Assembly (NCBI GenBank): GCA_002716125.1 | Contig: PAZH01000081.1 | Coordinates: 50,771 to 74,770 of the forward strand | Origin: Rhodospirillaceae bacterium | Lineage (GTDB): Bacteria > Pseudomonadota > Alphaproteobacteria > UBA8366 | DNA length: 24,000 bases | Reading direction: 5' to 3' | Shown here: piece after piece, positions 8,264-17,232 of the stretch | Position numbering within the stretch: position 1 is the first letter of the stretch | Layout: the number at the start of each line of letters is the position of its first letter | Translations under genes and position numbers: made by a program | Notes under the pieces: generated by a model | Seen by the model: the letters and a program-made list of their open reading frames with translations, nothing else | What the model was told of the DNA's origin: nothing | The model's database searches: none

Positions 8264-9616
8264 TTATTGCAACAGCGACGACCATGCCGGGTCGGAGGCG
8301 TCGCCGGGGGTCACCACTTCACGCAGGTTATAGCCCGTCAAATCAACGGAATAGAGCCGCGTCCGCCCCCCACGCCCTTTCGAATCACTGGGTTGTTGGC
8401 GGAAAAACATCAAAACCCGGCCATTCGGCGCCCATGTTGGTGCCTCATCCAAGAAACTTTCCGTCAGCAAACGTTCGCCGCTCCCATCCGGTCGCATGAC
8501 GCCGATAAAGAACCGGCCCCGCGATTGTTTCGTGAAAGCGATTAAATCACCGCGCGGCGACCAAACCGGTGTCGCGTATCGCCCCCGCCCAAAACTAATC
8601 CGCCGGACACTACTTCCGTCGATGTTCATTACATAGAGCTGTGGCGTTCCGCCGCGATCGGAATTGAAGACAACAAATCGAGAGTCCGGCGAGCCGCTCG
8701 GCGAGGTATCGATCGCGGGATGGGTCGTTAGCCGCGTCGACTTCCGCGTTCGAAGGTCCATCATCCAGATATCCGAATTGCCGCCTTTCGCGAACGACAT
8801 AATGACGGATTGGCCATCCGGCATGAATCGCGGCGCAAAGGTCATGCCTTTAAAATTGCCCAGAATTTCCTGCCGCCCCGACTCGATATTGAAGAGATAA
8901 ACGCGCGGTGTGTTGTTGAAATAAGAGAGATAGGTGATCTCTTGTGCGGCCGGCGAGAAACGCGGCGTCAGGACGAGCGCTTCGCCATTCGTCAGATAAC
9001 GGATGTTCGAACCGTCCTGATCCATAATGGCCAATCGTTTTACCCGTCGGCGCAAAGGTCCGCTCTCAGCCACGTAAACAACGCGCGTATCGAAATATCC
9101 GCTCTCCCCGGTGATCCGCTTATAGATCGCATCCGAGATAATATGGGCGACACGACGCCAGTTGTTTGGCTCGGTGAAATACGCGAGGCCCGTCATCTGC
9201 GCTTCCGCGAAGACATCCCACAATCGGAATTCGACGCGAAGGCGGCCATCCGGTTGGAGCTTAACGCTACCGTTCACCAGCGCTTGCGCATTGATCACGC
9301 GCCAATCGGAAAAACGCGGTTGAACTTGTAGGGATTTCGGTTTCTGAAGAAACGCACCTTTATCGACGGGTTTGAACAAACCGGAGCGTTCGAGATTACC
9401 GGATACGACTGCGGCGATATCGGCGCCAATTTCGCCGTCGCGTATCTCTTTCCCATAAAAATCGCTGATCGCAATGGGAAGCGGTTCCAGGTGCCCCCGT
9501 GTGATGTCGATTCGGACTTCCGCAACCGCCAAGCTGGCCGAAGCCACAAATCCTAACAGGACAAGCGTACCGGCGAGGGTCTTACGCCATCTCTTGATTG
9601 TTCGCTCGAAAATCAT
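8264..9616 (-). CDS. tolB: Tol-Pal system beta-propeller protein TolB
   Basis: 450-aa ORF with a signal peptide and repeated propeller blades (PAWSPDG-type motifs such as [58 protein letters not shown]). It lies between tolA and pal, and its ATG overlaps the tolA stop (ATGA). Confidence 0.95.
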   Translation of the reverse strand: MIFERTIKRWRKTLAGTLVLLGFVASASLAVAEVRIDITRGHLEPLPIAISDFYGKEIRDGEIGADIAAVVSGNLERSGLFKPVDKGAFLQKPKSLQVQPRFSDWRVINAQALVNGSVKLQPDGRLRVEFRLWDVFAEAQMTGLAYFTEPNNWRRVAHIISDAIYKRITGESGYFDTRVVYVAESGPLRRRVKRLAIMDQDGSNIRYLTNGEALVLTPRFSPAAQEITYLSYFNNTPRVYLFNIESGRQEILGNFKGMTFAPRFMPDGQSVIMSFAKGGNSDIWMMDLRTRKSTRLTTHPAIDTSPSGSPDSRFVVFNSDRGGTPQLYVMNIDGSSVRRISFGRGRYATPVWSPRGDLIAFTKQSRGRFFIGVMRPDGSGERLLTESFLDEAPTWAPNGRVLMFFRQQPSDSKGRGGRTRLYSVDLTGYNLREVVTPGDASDPAWSSLLQ

Positions 9617-10506
9617 CGCCCCACCATTTCGCCCGGATTGAACCGTAATTCAATATCTTTCCAAATCTCATACTTCGCGAGCGGTAAATTGAATTTACTG
9701 CATTGGGGATTTCGTACCGCGCGCAACGCACTTTCCGCAACCGCCTTATAGGTCGCGTTGGTTTCAAGCCGGAAACGGTCGACAATTCGGGATTCTCGTA
9801 GCCTCCCGTCCGGATTCAATTTCATCTTAATTTTCACAACCATATTCTCTACGTCTTTCGCTCCAATGGCGGCCGGCACCAGCCAGCAACGTTCGACCTG
9901 CCGTTTAATGGCGTCGATCTCACTGATCGACAATTTCTCGCCGAGCGGCGCACGCTGCGCTTCGCGCGACGATGTACTTGGCTGCCGTTTCATTAACGCC
10001 GCCATCTTCTGATCGAAACTTTTCTTCTCCGGTTTCGGCTTCGGGGGCGGACGGTCCTTCAATTTCTCAACCGTCTTCAACATCATTTGCTCGAAATTTG
10101 GCTTCGGTCGTACTTTCGGACGCGGCGCGATCTTCGGCGGCGCCGGCTTCGGTTTCTCCGCCTTCTTCGGTTCCGGCTTCGGTTCTGGCTTCGGCTTGGG
10201 CTTCTCGGCCGGCTTCGGCTTCGGCGGATCAAGCGGGGGCGCCGGTTTCGGCTTCGGCGGCGGCAGCGCCGCCACCTGTTTCGGGGGCGGGGGAGTTGGC
10301 GCTTTCTTCTCCACCTTCTTCGGCGGCGGTGGTGGCGCCGGTTTCGCCTTTGGCGTCGGTTCCGGCGCTTGGGTCTCGGAAATCACTTGGGCTTTAATAA
10401 CCCGATGATCCAACACCACACTCGGACTTGTCGACGGCAGGCCGAATACGGCGAAGGCGACGATCGCAAGATGGAAACCGATTGAGATGAGCAGTGGAAC
10501 GCGCAT
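9613..10506 (-). CDS. tolA: Cell-envelope integrity protein TolA (TonB-like architecture with a Pro/Lys-rich spacer)
   Basis: Its position is between tolR and tolB. It has an N-terminal TM anchor ([23 protein letters not shown]), a long (K/E)P-rich spacer and a globular C-terminal domain. Confidence 0.8.
   Translation of the reverse strand: MRVPLLISIGFHLAIVAFAVFGLPSTSPSVVLDHRVIKAQVISETQAPEPTPKAKPAPPPPPKKVEKKAPTPPPPKQVAALPPPKPKPAPPLDPPKPKPAEKPKPKPEPKPEPKKAEKPKPAPPKIAPRPKVRPKPNFEQMMLKTVEKLKDRPPPKPKPEKKSFDQKMAALMKRQPSTSSREAQRAPLGEKLSISEIDAIKRQVERCWLVPAAIGAKDVENMVVKIKMKLNPDGRLRESRIVDRFRLETNATYKAVAESALRAVRNPQCSKFNLPLAKYEIWKDIELRFNPGEMVGR
10095..10374 (-). repeat. Low-complexity GGCTTC/GGTTTC-type hexamer tract encoding the Pro-Lys/Pro-Glu spacer of TolA
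   Basis: Visible imperfect tandem hexamers on the plus strand (cggcttcggtttc..ggttccggcttcggttctggcttcggcttgggcttc..ggcttcggcttcgg) translate on the minus strand as [21 protein letters not shown] shorter [10 protein letters not shown] patch lies at about 10017-10056. Confidence 0.7.
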
Positions 10507-10518
10507 TCAAACCGGCCT

Positions 10519-10998
10519 TCACTTCCGGTCCGAATTTCGCAATTCGCTTACCCTTGTCGACCCGACTTCCGGCTTCGTGACCAAACCGAGGTTCTGCATA
10601 CCAGCATCTTTCAAGGCCTCCACGACATCCATCACGCGACCGTAATCGAGGCTACGGTCGCCTCTGAAATACACGGTCAATTCGGGATTGGCTTTGAAGA
10701 CGGCCTGCATTCGCGGCGCCACTTTTTCCAACGGCACCTTTTGGTTCTGCAGATAGACCGACCCATCGCTTTTTATGGAGACGTAAAAAATCTTACCGTC
10801 CGGCAAATCGTCGCCGTCATTCGTTGGAAGATTGACATCGACGCCCACCGTCAACAACGGGGCGGTCACCATGAAAACGATCAACAAGACAAGCATGACA
10901 TCGACGAACGGCGTCACGTTGATTTCGGACAGCGGCCGATAGCGGCCCCTTTGGCCGGTGCCGCGCGATCGATTGCCGCCATCCGCCTGGATCGCCAT
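10519..10998 (-). CDS. tolR: Tol-Pal system protein TolR (ExbD/TolR family)
   Basis: 159-aa ORF containing LSEINVTPFVDVMLVLLIVFMVTAPLL, the ExbD/TolR signature TM segment with the conserved Asp. It lies between tolQ and tolA. Confidence 0.9.
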   Translation of the reverse strand: MAIQADGGNRSRGTGQRGRYRPLSEINVTPFVDVMLVLLIVFMVTAPLLTVGVDVNLPTNDGDDLPDGKIFYVSIKSDGSVYLQNQKVPLEKVAPRMQAVFKANPELTVYFRGDRSLDYGRVMDVVEALKDAGMQNLGLVTKPEVGSTRVSELRNSDRK

Positions 10999-11001
10999 GA
11001 T

Positions 11002-11730
11002 CTACCCCGTCTCTTCGATCTGACGCGAGAGAATGGCGATAAACTCGCCCGCGAATGTTTCCATACGCCCGGCATAGCGACCGAGATCGTTCGACAATTT
11101 GTTGTAGGCAACCACGGCTGGGATCGCGGCGACGAGCCCAAGCGCCGTGGCAAAGAGCGCTTCGGCAATGCCGGGCGCGACCACGGCAAGGTTCGTTTGT
11201 TTTGTTGCACCAATGGCCAGGAAGCTGTTCATCACACCCCAAACCGTCCCGAACAAGCCGATAAAGGGCGCCGTCGAGCCCACCGACGCCAAGAACATCA
11301 TATATCGTTCCAGACGTTCGATTTCGCGCGCGACCGTCACTTGCATGACGCGCTCGAGACGGTCCCGAAGACCGGACCGGCCTGTCTCGCTATAGACCAA
11401 TCCTTTCGCCGACGATCGGCGCCATTCCCGCATAGCGGCGGAGAAGACAGCCGTCATCGGGTCGGTCGGCTGCTGGCCGATCCGATCGTATAATTCTTCC
11501 AGCGATCCACCGGACCAAAACTCGTCCTCAAACTTGTTTGCCCGCTTTTGGAGCCGTCGAAAGCGTAATGTCTTGTCGAAGATGATGGCCCAACACCAGA
11601 CGGAAGCCACAACCAGTATCAACATGACCGTTTTCACGACCCAATCCGCGCCAAGCAGCAAACTCGTCAGGCTCATTTGCGAGTGCCCCAACGCTTGTCC
11701 AACCGCGCCTTCTAAGACTGCCTGTTCCAT
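11002..11730 (-). CDS. tolQ: Tol-Pal system protein TolQ (MotA/TolQ/ExbB proton channel)
   Basis: 242-aa ORF with three TM segments and the conserved C-terminal region APFIGLFGTVWGVMNSF...VAPGIAEALFATALGLVAAIPAVVAYN. Confidence 0.9.
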   Translation of the reverse strand: MEQAVLEGAVGQALGHSQMSLTSLLLGADWVVKTVMLILVVASVWCWAIIFDKTLRFRRLQKRANKFEDEFWSGGSLEELYDRIGQQPTDPMTAVFSAAMREWRRSSAKGLVYSETGRSGLRDRLERVMQVTVAREIERLERYMMFLASVGSTAPFIGLFGTVWGVMNSFLAIGATKQTNLAVVAPGIAEALFATALGLVAAIPAVVAYNKLSNDLGRYAGRMETFAGEFIAILSRQIEETG

Positions 11731-11760
11731 TCGGCGACTATTCCATTCCGCTGTTATTCT

Positions 11761-12192
11761 TTATCGACCATCGGCCGCCAAATTGGCGACAAATGCACTC
11801 CGCAACTTCTGCGGCATACGACGCGGCCGTCCATCGCTACCGACGCACGCGAGCCGCACATTCAACCGTGCCAATTCATCCGCTTGCCTTCGCACGACCT
11901 GCTCAGCCCGCAAACTCGCGCCTCGCACGTCAAAAAAACGCGAGTGTACTTCTAAGGGATCATCCAAGAAGGCTGGGCTGAGGTAATCCACTGAACATTG
12001 CCGGACCGCGAACATAACGCCGTCCTGCGCCATCAACGATTTATGGTCGGCACCGACGGAGCGGAGATATTCCATACGTGCCCGCTCGGCAAAGCGAAGG
12101 TAATTCGCGTAATACACAATGCCCCCCGCGTCGGTGTCCTCGTAATAGACCCGAAGCGGAAAGACGTGTTCTGGCGAACGGGCGTCTGACAT
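11761..12192 (-). CDS. ybgC: Tol-Pal-associated acyl-CoA thioesterase YbgC (4HBT hotdog fold)
   Basis: VFPLRVYYEDTDAGGIVYYANYLRFAERARMEYLR is the YbgC/4HBT catalytic-Asp motif, and the gene sits immediately upstream of tolQ. I chose the start at ATG 12192 (MSDARSPEHV). The 27-aa extension in the ORF track would overlap ruvB. Confidence 0.85.
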   Translation of the reverse strand: MSDARSPEHVFPLRVYYEDTDAGGIVYYANYLRFAERARMEYLRSVGADHKSLMAQDGVMFAVRQCSVDYLSPAFLDDPLEVHSRFFDVRGASLRAEQVVRRQADELARLNVRLACVGSDGRPRRMPQKLRSAFVANLAADGR

Positions 12193-12193
12193 C

Positions 12194-13255
12194 TCAGCCG
12201 CCCTCCTCGCCATCCGGCATCGAACCGAGCAAATCGAGTTGCTCGACGGCAGCGCGCGGCGCTTCCAGTCCAAGATAAGACCAGCCTTGGCGTGCCAGCA
12301 TCCGGCCGCGCGGTGTCCGCTGTATGAGGCCTTCCTGCATCAAGTACGGTTCGATGACATCTTCGATCACGTCACGCTGCTCCGAAAGCGCGGCCGATAG
12401 GGTCTCCACGCCGACGGGCCCGCCGCCGTAGTTTTCGGCAACGCACGTCAAGTAACGTCGGTCCATCGCATCCAATCCCAGCGCATCAACACCAAGACGT
12501 TGAAGCGCGGCATCGGCGGCTTTTGCATCGATGTGCTCAACGCCGTCGACCATCGCGAAGTCGCGCACGCGTCGCAGCAACCGTCCGGCGACACGCGGCG
12601 TGCCGCGGCTCCGACGCGCAATTTCCGTCGCGCCGTCAGCCGCCAATGGCGTATCAAGCAGCCCCGCCCCCCGCGAGACGATTTCGCGCAGCTCATCGAG
12701 TTCGTAAAAATTCATCCGAAGATGAATGCCGAAACGCTCGCGAAGTGGCGTTGTAATTAAACCCGACCGGGTCGTCGCCCCGACCAATGTGAAAGGCGGC
12801 AGCGGAATACGAACCGAACGCGCGGCTGGCCCCTCGCCGATAATGAGATCCAGCTCGAAATCCTCCATCGCCGGATACAGGATTTCTTCGACAGCCGGGT
12901 TCAATCGATGAATTTCATCAATAAACAACACATCGCGCGGCTGGAGGTTCGTCAAAATCGCCGCCAAATCGCCGGCTTTTGCAATCACCGGCCCGGAGGT
13001 CGCGCGAAAACTGACACCCAACTCACGCGAGACAATCTGCGCCAGCGTCGTCTTCCCGAGACCGGGCGGGCCATGCAGCAGAGTATGATCCAGCGCTTCG
13101 CCGCGTTCGCTCGCCGCACGAATGAAAACCGAGAGATTTTCGCGTACGGTTTTCTGGCCAATGAAATCGTCGAGCGTTTGCGGCCGCAGCGTAAAGTCGG
13201 TGCCATCGCCCGCGTCGAATTCGGGATCTACAATCCGGTCGACCTGCTCGCTCAC
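12194..13255 (-). CDS. ruvB: Holliday junction branch-migration helicase RuvB
   Basis: 353-aa ORF with [13 protein letters not shown], Walker [10 protein letters not shown], Walker [10 protein letters not shown] and sensor motifs. A GTG start overlaps the ruvA stop (GTGA). Confidence 0.95.
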   Translation of the reverse strand: MSEQVDRIVDPEFDAGDGTDFTLRPQTLDDFIGQKTVRENLSVFIRAASERGEALDHTLLHGPPGLGKTTLAQIVSRELGVSFRATSGPVIAKAGDLAAILTNLQPRDVLFIDEIHRLNPAVEEILYPAMEDFELDLIIGEGPAARSVRIPLPPFTLVGATTRSGLITTPLRERFGIHLRMNFYELDELREIVSRGAGLLDTPLAADGATEIARRSRGTPRVAGRLLRRVRDFAMVDGVEHIDAKAADAALQRLGVDALGLDAMDRRYLTCVAENYGGGPVGVETLSAALSEQRDVIEDVIEPYLMQEGLIQRTPRGRMLARQGWSYLGLEAPRAAVEQLDLLGSMPDGEEGG

Positions 13256-13857
13256 TGGCTAAGCTCCTGAAGGCCGGCACGGATCAAGGCGTCGACGCCG
13301 GCGTCTTCGCCAAGCTTCTGACCGGCCCGCGCCACCGCACCGAATGCATCGGTCCGCTGGAACCCAAGATTGACCAAGGCGGAGATCGCGTCTTCGCTAT
13401 CGCCGCCAGCCGGTGCCGAACCGGCTGCCGCCTGAGGCAGAGCGGCCGGCACAAGGTTGCCGACTTTGTCTTTGAGTTCGAGAACGATGCGCCCCGCCAA
13501 TTTCGGACCGACGCCATTCGCGCGCGATACGGCCGCCTTGTCCTGAGCTGCCACCGCTTGCACCAACTCTTCCGGACCCAAGGCGGATAAGATCGCCAGT
13601 GCAACCTTTGCGCCCACACCTTGGACCGTTGTCAAAAGGCGAAACCAATCCCGTTCGCCCGGCTCGGCGAAACCATAGAGATGGATGTGGTCCTCTCGGA
13701 CATGTGTCTCGACAACGAACCGCACAGCCTCACCCGGCTGGGGCAAGTTGGCGAGGGTGTGCCCCGAACAAAACACCAGGTAGCCGACACCCGAGACATC
13801 GACGACCGCGGATTCCTCCGCCACCGATTCCAATACGCCTTTCAGTGAGGCAATCAT
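13252..13857 (-). CDS. ruvA: Holliday junction DNA-binding protein RuvA
   Basis: [27 protein letters not shown]-terminal OB domain, followed by the helix-hairpin-helix region [18 protein letters not shown]. The start at ATG 13857 overlaps the ruvC stop (ATGA). The ORF-track extension to 13926 is not RuvA-like. Confidence 0.9.
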   Translation of the reverse strand: MIASLKGVLESVAEESAVVDVSGVGYLVFCSGHTLANLPQPGEAVRFVVETHVREDHIHLYGFAEPGERDWFRLLTTVQGVGAKVALAILSALGPEELVQAVAAQDKAAVSRANGVGPKLAGRIVLELKDKVGNLVPAALPQAAAGSAPAGGDSEDAISALVNLGFQRTDAFGAVARAGQKLGEDAGVDALIRAGLQELSQ

Positions 13858-14387
13858 GATGCCGCTCCAGCCGTCACCTTCGCGTCTGACCAACGCCGGC
13901 CGGTTCCGGCAAAATGACTGTGACAAATCGCAACGGCCAACGCATCAGCCGAGTCCGCGCTTTCGAAATCGCACCCCGGCAACAACCGGCTCACCATCAT
14001 CTGCACTTGAGGTTTGCCGGCATGTCCCACACCCACAACCGATTTCTTAATGCGATTGGCTGAATATTCGGCGACGGGCAATCCCGCCAGCGCGGGCGCC
14101 AGCAATACGACACCGCGCGCCTCGCCAAGTTTTAGGGTCGTCGTCGGGTTCTTATTGACGAAGGTTTCCTCAACCGCCGCTTCATCCGGCTCATAAAGGG
14201 TCAGCACTTCCGCAAGGCCTTCGTGCAATGACCGAAGCCGCCACGCGAGCGGATCACTCCGCGTCGAATGAACCGTCCCGTCCGCGACGTATGTCAACTT
14301 GTTGCCATTAACGTCGACGATGCCCCAGCCCGTATTTTGCAGACCGGGATCGAACCCAATAACCCTTATGGTGCGATTTGCGCTCAA
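13854..14387 (-). CDS. ruvC: Crossover junction endodeoxyribonuclease RuvC
   Basis: [18 protein letters not shown] carries the catalytic Asp. The remaining acidic residues are in context (EEVF-type EETFVNKN and [12 protein letters not shown]). A TTG start overlaps the yebC stop. Confidence 0.9.
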   Translation of the reverse strand: MSANRTIRVIGFDPGLQNTGWGIVDVNGNKLTYVADGTVHSTRSDPLAWRLRSLHEGLAEVLTLYEPDEAAVEETFVNKNPTTTLKLGEARGVVLLAPALAGLPVAEYSANRIKKSVVGVGHAGKPQVQMMVSRLLPGCDFESADSADALAVAICHSHFAGTGRRWSDAKVTAGAAS

Positions 14388-15136
14388 GCTGCCGTCAGCC
14401 GTTCCATTACATCGTCTGCGATTTCGTAGTTCGCCGAAACGGACTGGACGTCGTCGTTATCGTCGAGCGCATCGAGCAGTTTCGGCAATGTCGACGCATT
14501 TCCTTCATCGAGCGACACTGTGGTCTGCGGACGCCATACAAGCTGCGCCGATTGCGGCTCACCAAGATCGTCCTCCAACGCGCCCGCGACGGCGTGCAAT
14601 TCTTCCGGTTGGCACCGGATTTCATGGGCCTCCGTGGTCGATTCGACGTCGTCCGCCCCCGCTTCCAAAGCGGCTTCGAAAACAGCATCCGGATCGCCGG
14701 CGCCATCGCCGTACCGAATCTCGCCGATCCGGTCGAACAGAAAACTCACGGCACCCGTCTCCGCCAGGTTACCGTTGAATTTGGAGAATGCGGAACGTAC
14801 CTCCGACGCCGTTCGGTTTCGATTGTCGGTGAGAGCCTCGACAATCAACGCGACACCGCCGGGACCGTACCCTTCATAGCGAATTTCTTCGAAATTGGCG
14901 CCGTCGCTGTCGCCGGACCCGCGTGCGATGGCCCGATCGATATTGTCCTTCGGCATATTATTGCTGCGCGCGGTGGCAATGGCCGACCGGAGCCTTGGAT
15001 TGCCCGACGGATCGGGGCCGCCTTCCTTCGCCGCAACCATCAACTCGCGGCCTAATTTCGCAAACAATTTGGCGCGTTTCTTATCCTGCGCGCCCTTGCG
15101 ATACATAATATTCTTAAACTGTGAATGACCTGCCAT
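14384..15136 (-). CDS. yebC: YebC/PmpR family DNA-binding transcriptional regulator
   Basis: [50 protein letters not shown] is the hallmark YebC N-terminus. It occupies the classic position upstream of ruvC. Confidence 0.92.
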   Translation of the reverse strand: MAGHSQFKNIMYRKGAQDKKRAKLFAKLGRELMVAAKEGGPDPSGNPRLRSAIATARSNNMPKDNIDRAIARGSGDSDGANFEEIRYEGYGPGGVALIVEALTDNRNRTASEVRSAFSKFNGNLAETGAVSFLFDRIGEIRYGDGAGDPDAVFEAALEAGADDVESTTEAHEIRCQPEELHAVAGALEDDLGEPQSAQLVWRPQTTVSLDEGNASTLPKLLDALDDNDDVQSVSANYEIADDVMERLTAA

Positions 15137-15265
15137 GTCGTCTCATGATTATCTTATTGTCTATCGGGAGTAGCTCAGAACCGGCGTTATACCAGATATT
15201 GTATGCAGAAGCCTAGTTATTCTGCCCTTTTATCCATGCAATATGGCGAATTTTGGGCAAACCGC

Positions 15266-16090
15266 CTAATCGTCGAATTGCGGCAATTGTTCCTGCAGAC
15301 GGCCGCCGATCCGCACCGGAGAGATCGCCTTCGCGAGGCCGGTCGCATCGTCGGTTTCAAGAAAGGTCCCACAGAGCGTCCCCTCGCCTTCAGCCGGCGA
15401 AAGGCGCGGGCTCGGAAATCGGCGACGAAACCGCTGGAGGCTGCCTGTCTTCTCCATGCCAATTACCGAATTGTAGTCGCCACACATGCCGGCATCGGTT
15501 TGATAGCCAGTTCCATGTTCGAGAATATGCGCGTCTCCGGTCGGGACATGGGTGTGCGACCCCACCACAAGGCTCGCCTTGCCGTCGGCTAAATGACCCA
15601 TCGCCATTTTCTCGCTCGTCGCCTCGCCATGGACATCGACGATGACGGCGGCGTAGCCACCAGGCTTAGGGGCGATAATCGGGAGTTCCTGTTCGACCGC
15701 CTTAAAGGGATCGTCCAAGAGTTCCATAAAAAGGCGGCACATCACGTTGATGACTTTCACCTTCGCGCCGTTGCCCGTCGTGAACTCGGCGGCGCCCCGG
15801 CCCGGTGTGCCGTCCGGAAAATTGATCGGGCGAAGCATCCGCCGATCCGAAACCATATAAGGAGCGATATCGGGCTTATCCCAACTGTGATTGCCGCCGG
15901 TGATACAATCGGCCCCGGCCTGAAAGAGCGACTCGCAAATTTTCTCCGTGATGCCGAAACCATGTGCCGCGTTCTCGCCATTGACGACAACGAAATCCAA
16001 TTTCCATTCCTCACGGAGGCGCGGCAAATGTTCGACCACCACATCCCGGCCGCTCCGGCCGACCAAATCGCCGCAGAAAAGTATCCGCAT
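15266..16090 (-). CDS. TIGR00282/YmdB-type metallophosphoesterase (B. subtilis YmdB-like 2',3'-cyclic-nucleotide phosphodiesterase family)
   Basis: 274-aa ORF with MRILFCGDLVGRSGRD, VVNGENAAHGFGIT, TGGNHSWDK and DVHGEATSEK, which are calcineurin-like metal-binding motifs in the YmdB arrangement. Confidence 0.85.
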   Translation of the reverse strand: MRILFCGDLVGRSGRDVVVEHLPRLREEWKLDFVVVNGENAAHGFGITEKICESLFQAGADCITGGNHSWDKPDIAPYMVSDRRMLRPINFPDGTPGRGAAEFTTGNGAKVKVINVMCRLFMELLDDPFKAVEQELPIIAPKPGGYAAVIVDVHGEATSEKMAMGHLADGKASLVVGSHTHVPTGDAHILEHGTGYQTDAGMCGDYNSVIGMEKTGSLQRFRRRFPSPRLSPAEGEGTLCGTFLETDDATGLAKAISPVRIGGRLQEQLPQFDD

Positions 16091-16093
16091 AGT

Positions 16094-16672
16094 CTAGGCT
16101 CCAATCTCGATAGCTTCGCGTTCGGTCACGATCCAATCCAATGGCTGGTCATATTCCGCGACCGGTACAGCGTCGACCTCTTGCGCAGAATACGCAATAC
16201 CAACGGCCGTTATCTTACCTTGAGCGCGAAGTGCGGCCAGCGTGCGATCGTAATATCCGCCGCCGTACCCCAAACGGAATCCAAGCCGGTCGAATGCCAG
16301 CATCGGCACCAAAAGGACAACGGGATCCATCCGATCCGCGGAGGCCTTCGGCTCTTCGATACCGTATGACCCAACATCCATCTCGTCACCGGGTGTCCAT
16401 ACGCGGAATACAAGCGGTGCATCGCGTGCCCCGACAATCGGCAAAACCGACTTCCGGCCCGTTGCCCGCAGCCAAGCAAGTAGCGGCATCGGATCGATTT
16501 CACTGCGGATCGGCACAAACCCAGAAACGGGTCCGGCCGGCAGGTCGTGAATGTTTTGCCGAAAATGAGCGACGATCGCGTCCGCGGCCTTTAATGAGGC
16601 TTTTGCCGCCTTGGCACGCTTTGCGGCCGCGACGGCGCGGAGTTCCTTCTTCGCATCGATAGGGTCGGTCAT
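16094..16672 (-). CDS. ygfA: 5-formyltetrahydrofolate cyclo-ligase
   Basis: 192-aa ORF with an N-terminal KKELR..A.R pattern, then EIDPMPLL, a central GYGGGYYDR motif and a C-terminal D.PLDWIVTE. It lies downstream of the zapA/6S locus, as in E. coli. Confidence 0.85.
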   Translation of the reverse strand: MTDPIDAKKELRAVAAAKRAKAAKASLKAADAIVAHFRQNIHDLPAGPVSGFVPIRSEIDPMPLLAWLRATGRKSVLPIVGARDAPLVFRVWTPGDEMDVGSYGIEEPKASADRMDPVVLLVPMLAFDRLGFRLGYGGGYYDRTLAALRAQGKITAVGIAYSAQEVDAVPVAEYDQPLDWIVTEREAIEIGA

Positions 16673-16690
16673 TCAGGTATCTATCCGGGC

Positions 16691-16860
16691 AGGAAATAGG
16701 CGGAGCCGCATCGGCCGTCGGTTTGTTAATCCTCATGGGCCTGGGTTACCAGGTGGGCGCCGTGTGCCGAGACCAGGATCCCGACAGGGACAGCTCCCGA
16801 GAGGATCGTATAGCCCCCGGGATAACGAAGCCGTCGCACCGCGCAGCGAACCGCCCACCT
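16691..16860 (-). ncRNA. ssrS: Candidate 6S RNA
   Basis: ORF-free 193-nt gap between zapA and the cyclo-ligase gene. On the minus strand it folds into a long imperfect helix: AGG/CCU, GGCGG 16855-16851 / CCGCC 16703-16699, and GUUAUCC 16826-16820 / GGAUUAAC 16732-16725. This helix encloses an apical hairpin (16807-16777) and an unpaired central region. The size is about 170 nt, and the zapA-ssrS-ygfA order matches the E. coli locus. The ends are approximate. Confidence 0.6.
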
Positions 16861-16865
16861 CTTAC

Positions 16866-17222
16866 CTAGGACGCTTCAATACGGTCCGCAATAGATTCAA
16901 TGCGTTCGGCCAGAAGTTCGAAAATGTGTGCAGCCTTCGCTTCGGCTTTTTCTTCCGCCTCGTCCTGCAGCAGCTTCACGGTATCCGGGTCCGGATTTGC
17001 TCTCGCTGAATCGATTTCCGCAAAAGCGTCAGACAACTCGTCCGCAACTAACAGACCCGCCATCACCAATAAGCGGTCTTGTCCGACTTGCCCAACGGTC
17101 GAAACCACGTCCTGCAGCCGCTTCTCAAGAAATTCGGCCAGTCGCTGCAAATGATCTTCTTGCCCGTCTTCGCAGGCAATTTGATAGGAACGGCCGTTAA
17201 TCTCGATTTTCACATCACTCAT
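16866..17222 (-). CDS. zapA: Cell division protein ZapA
   Basis: 118-aa ORF. V.I.INGRSYQIACEDGQEDHLQRLAEFLEKRL is the typical ZapA N-terminal domain, followed by a C-terminal coiled coil. Confidence 0.9.
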   Translation of the reverse strand: MSDVKIEINGRSYQIACEDGQEDHLQRLAEFLEKRLQDVVSTVGQVGQDRLLVMAGLLVADELSDAFAEIDSARANPDPDTVKLLQDEAEEKAEAKAAHIFELLAERIESIADRIEAS

Positions 17223-17232
17223 ACGAGACCCG

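Noticed and set aside
10087-10485. Arg-rich (10087-10485) and Gly-Phe-rich (10196-10408) plus-strand ORFs, and the possibility that the tandem hexamers are a CRISPR or satellite array.
   Set aside because: They are antisense read-outs of the TolA Pro-Lys repeat tract. The repeats are 6-nt, imperfect and contiguous with no unique spacers, and they lie inside a conserved gene.
15176-15190. Possible LexA (SOS) box, GAAC-N7-ATAC, upstream of yebC-ruvCAB.
   Set aside because: Only one half-site matches the alphaproteobacterial GAAC-N7-GAAC consensus. This is insufficient to call a regulatory site.
15230-15238. DnaA-box-like TTATCCATG.
   Set aside because: It is a single imperfect copy with no cluster of boxes, no AT-rich unwinding element and no dnaA/hemE-type neighbourhood. 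It is most likely a chance match.
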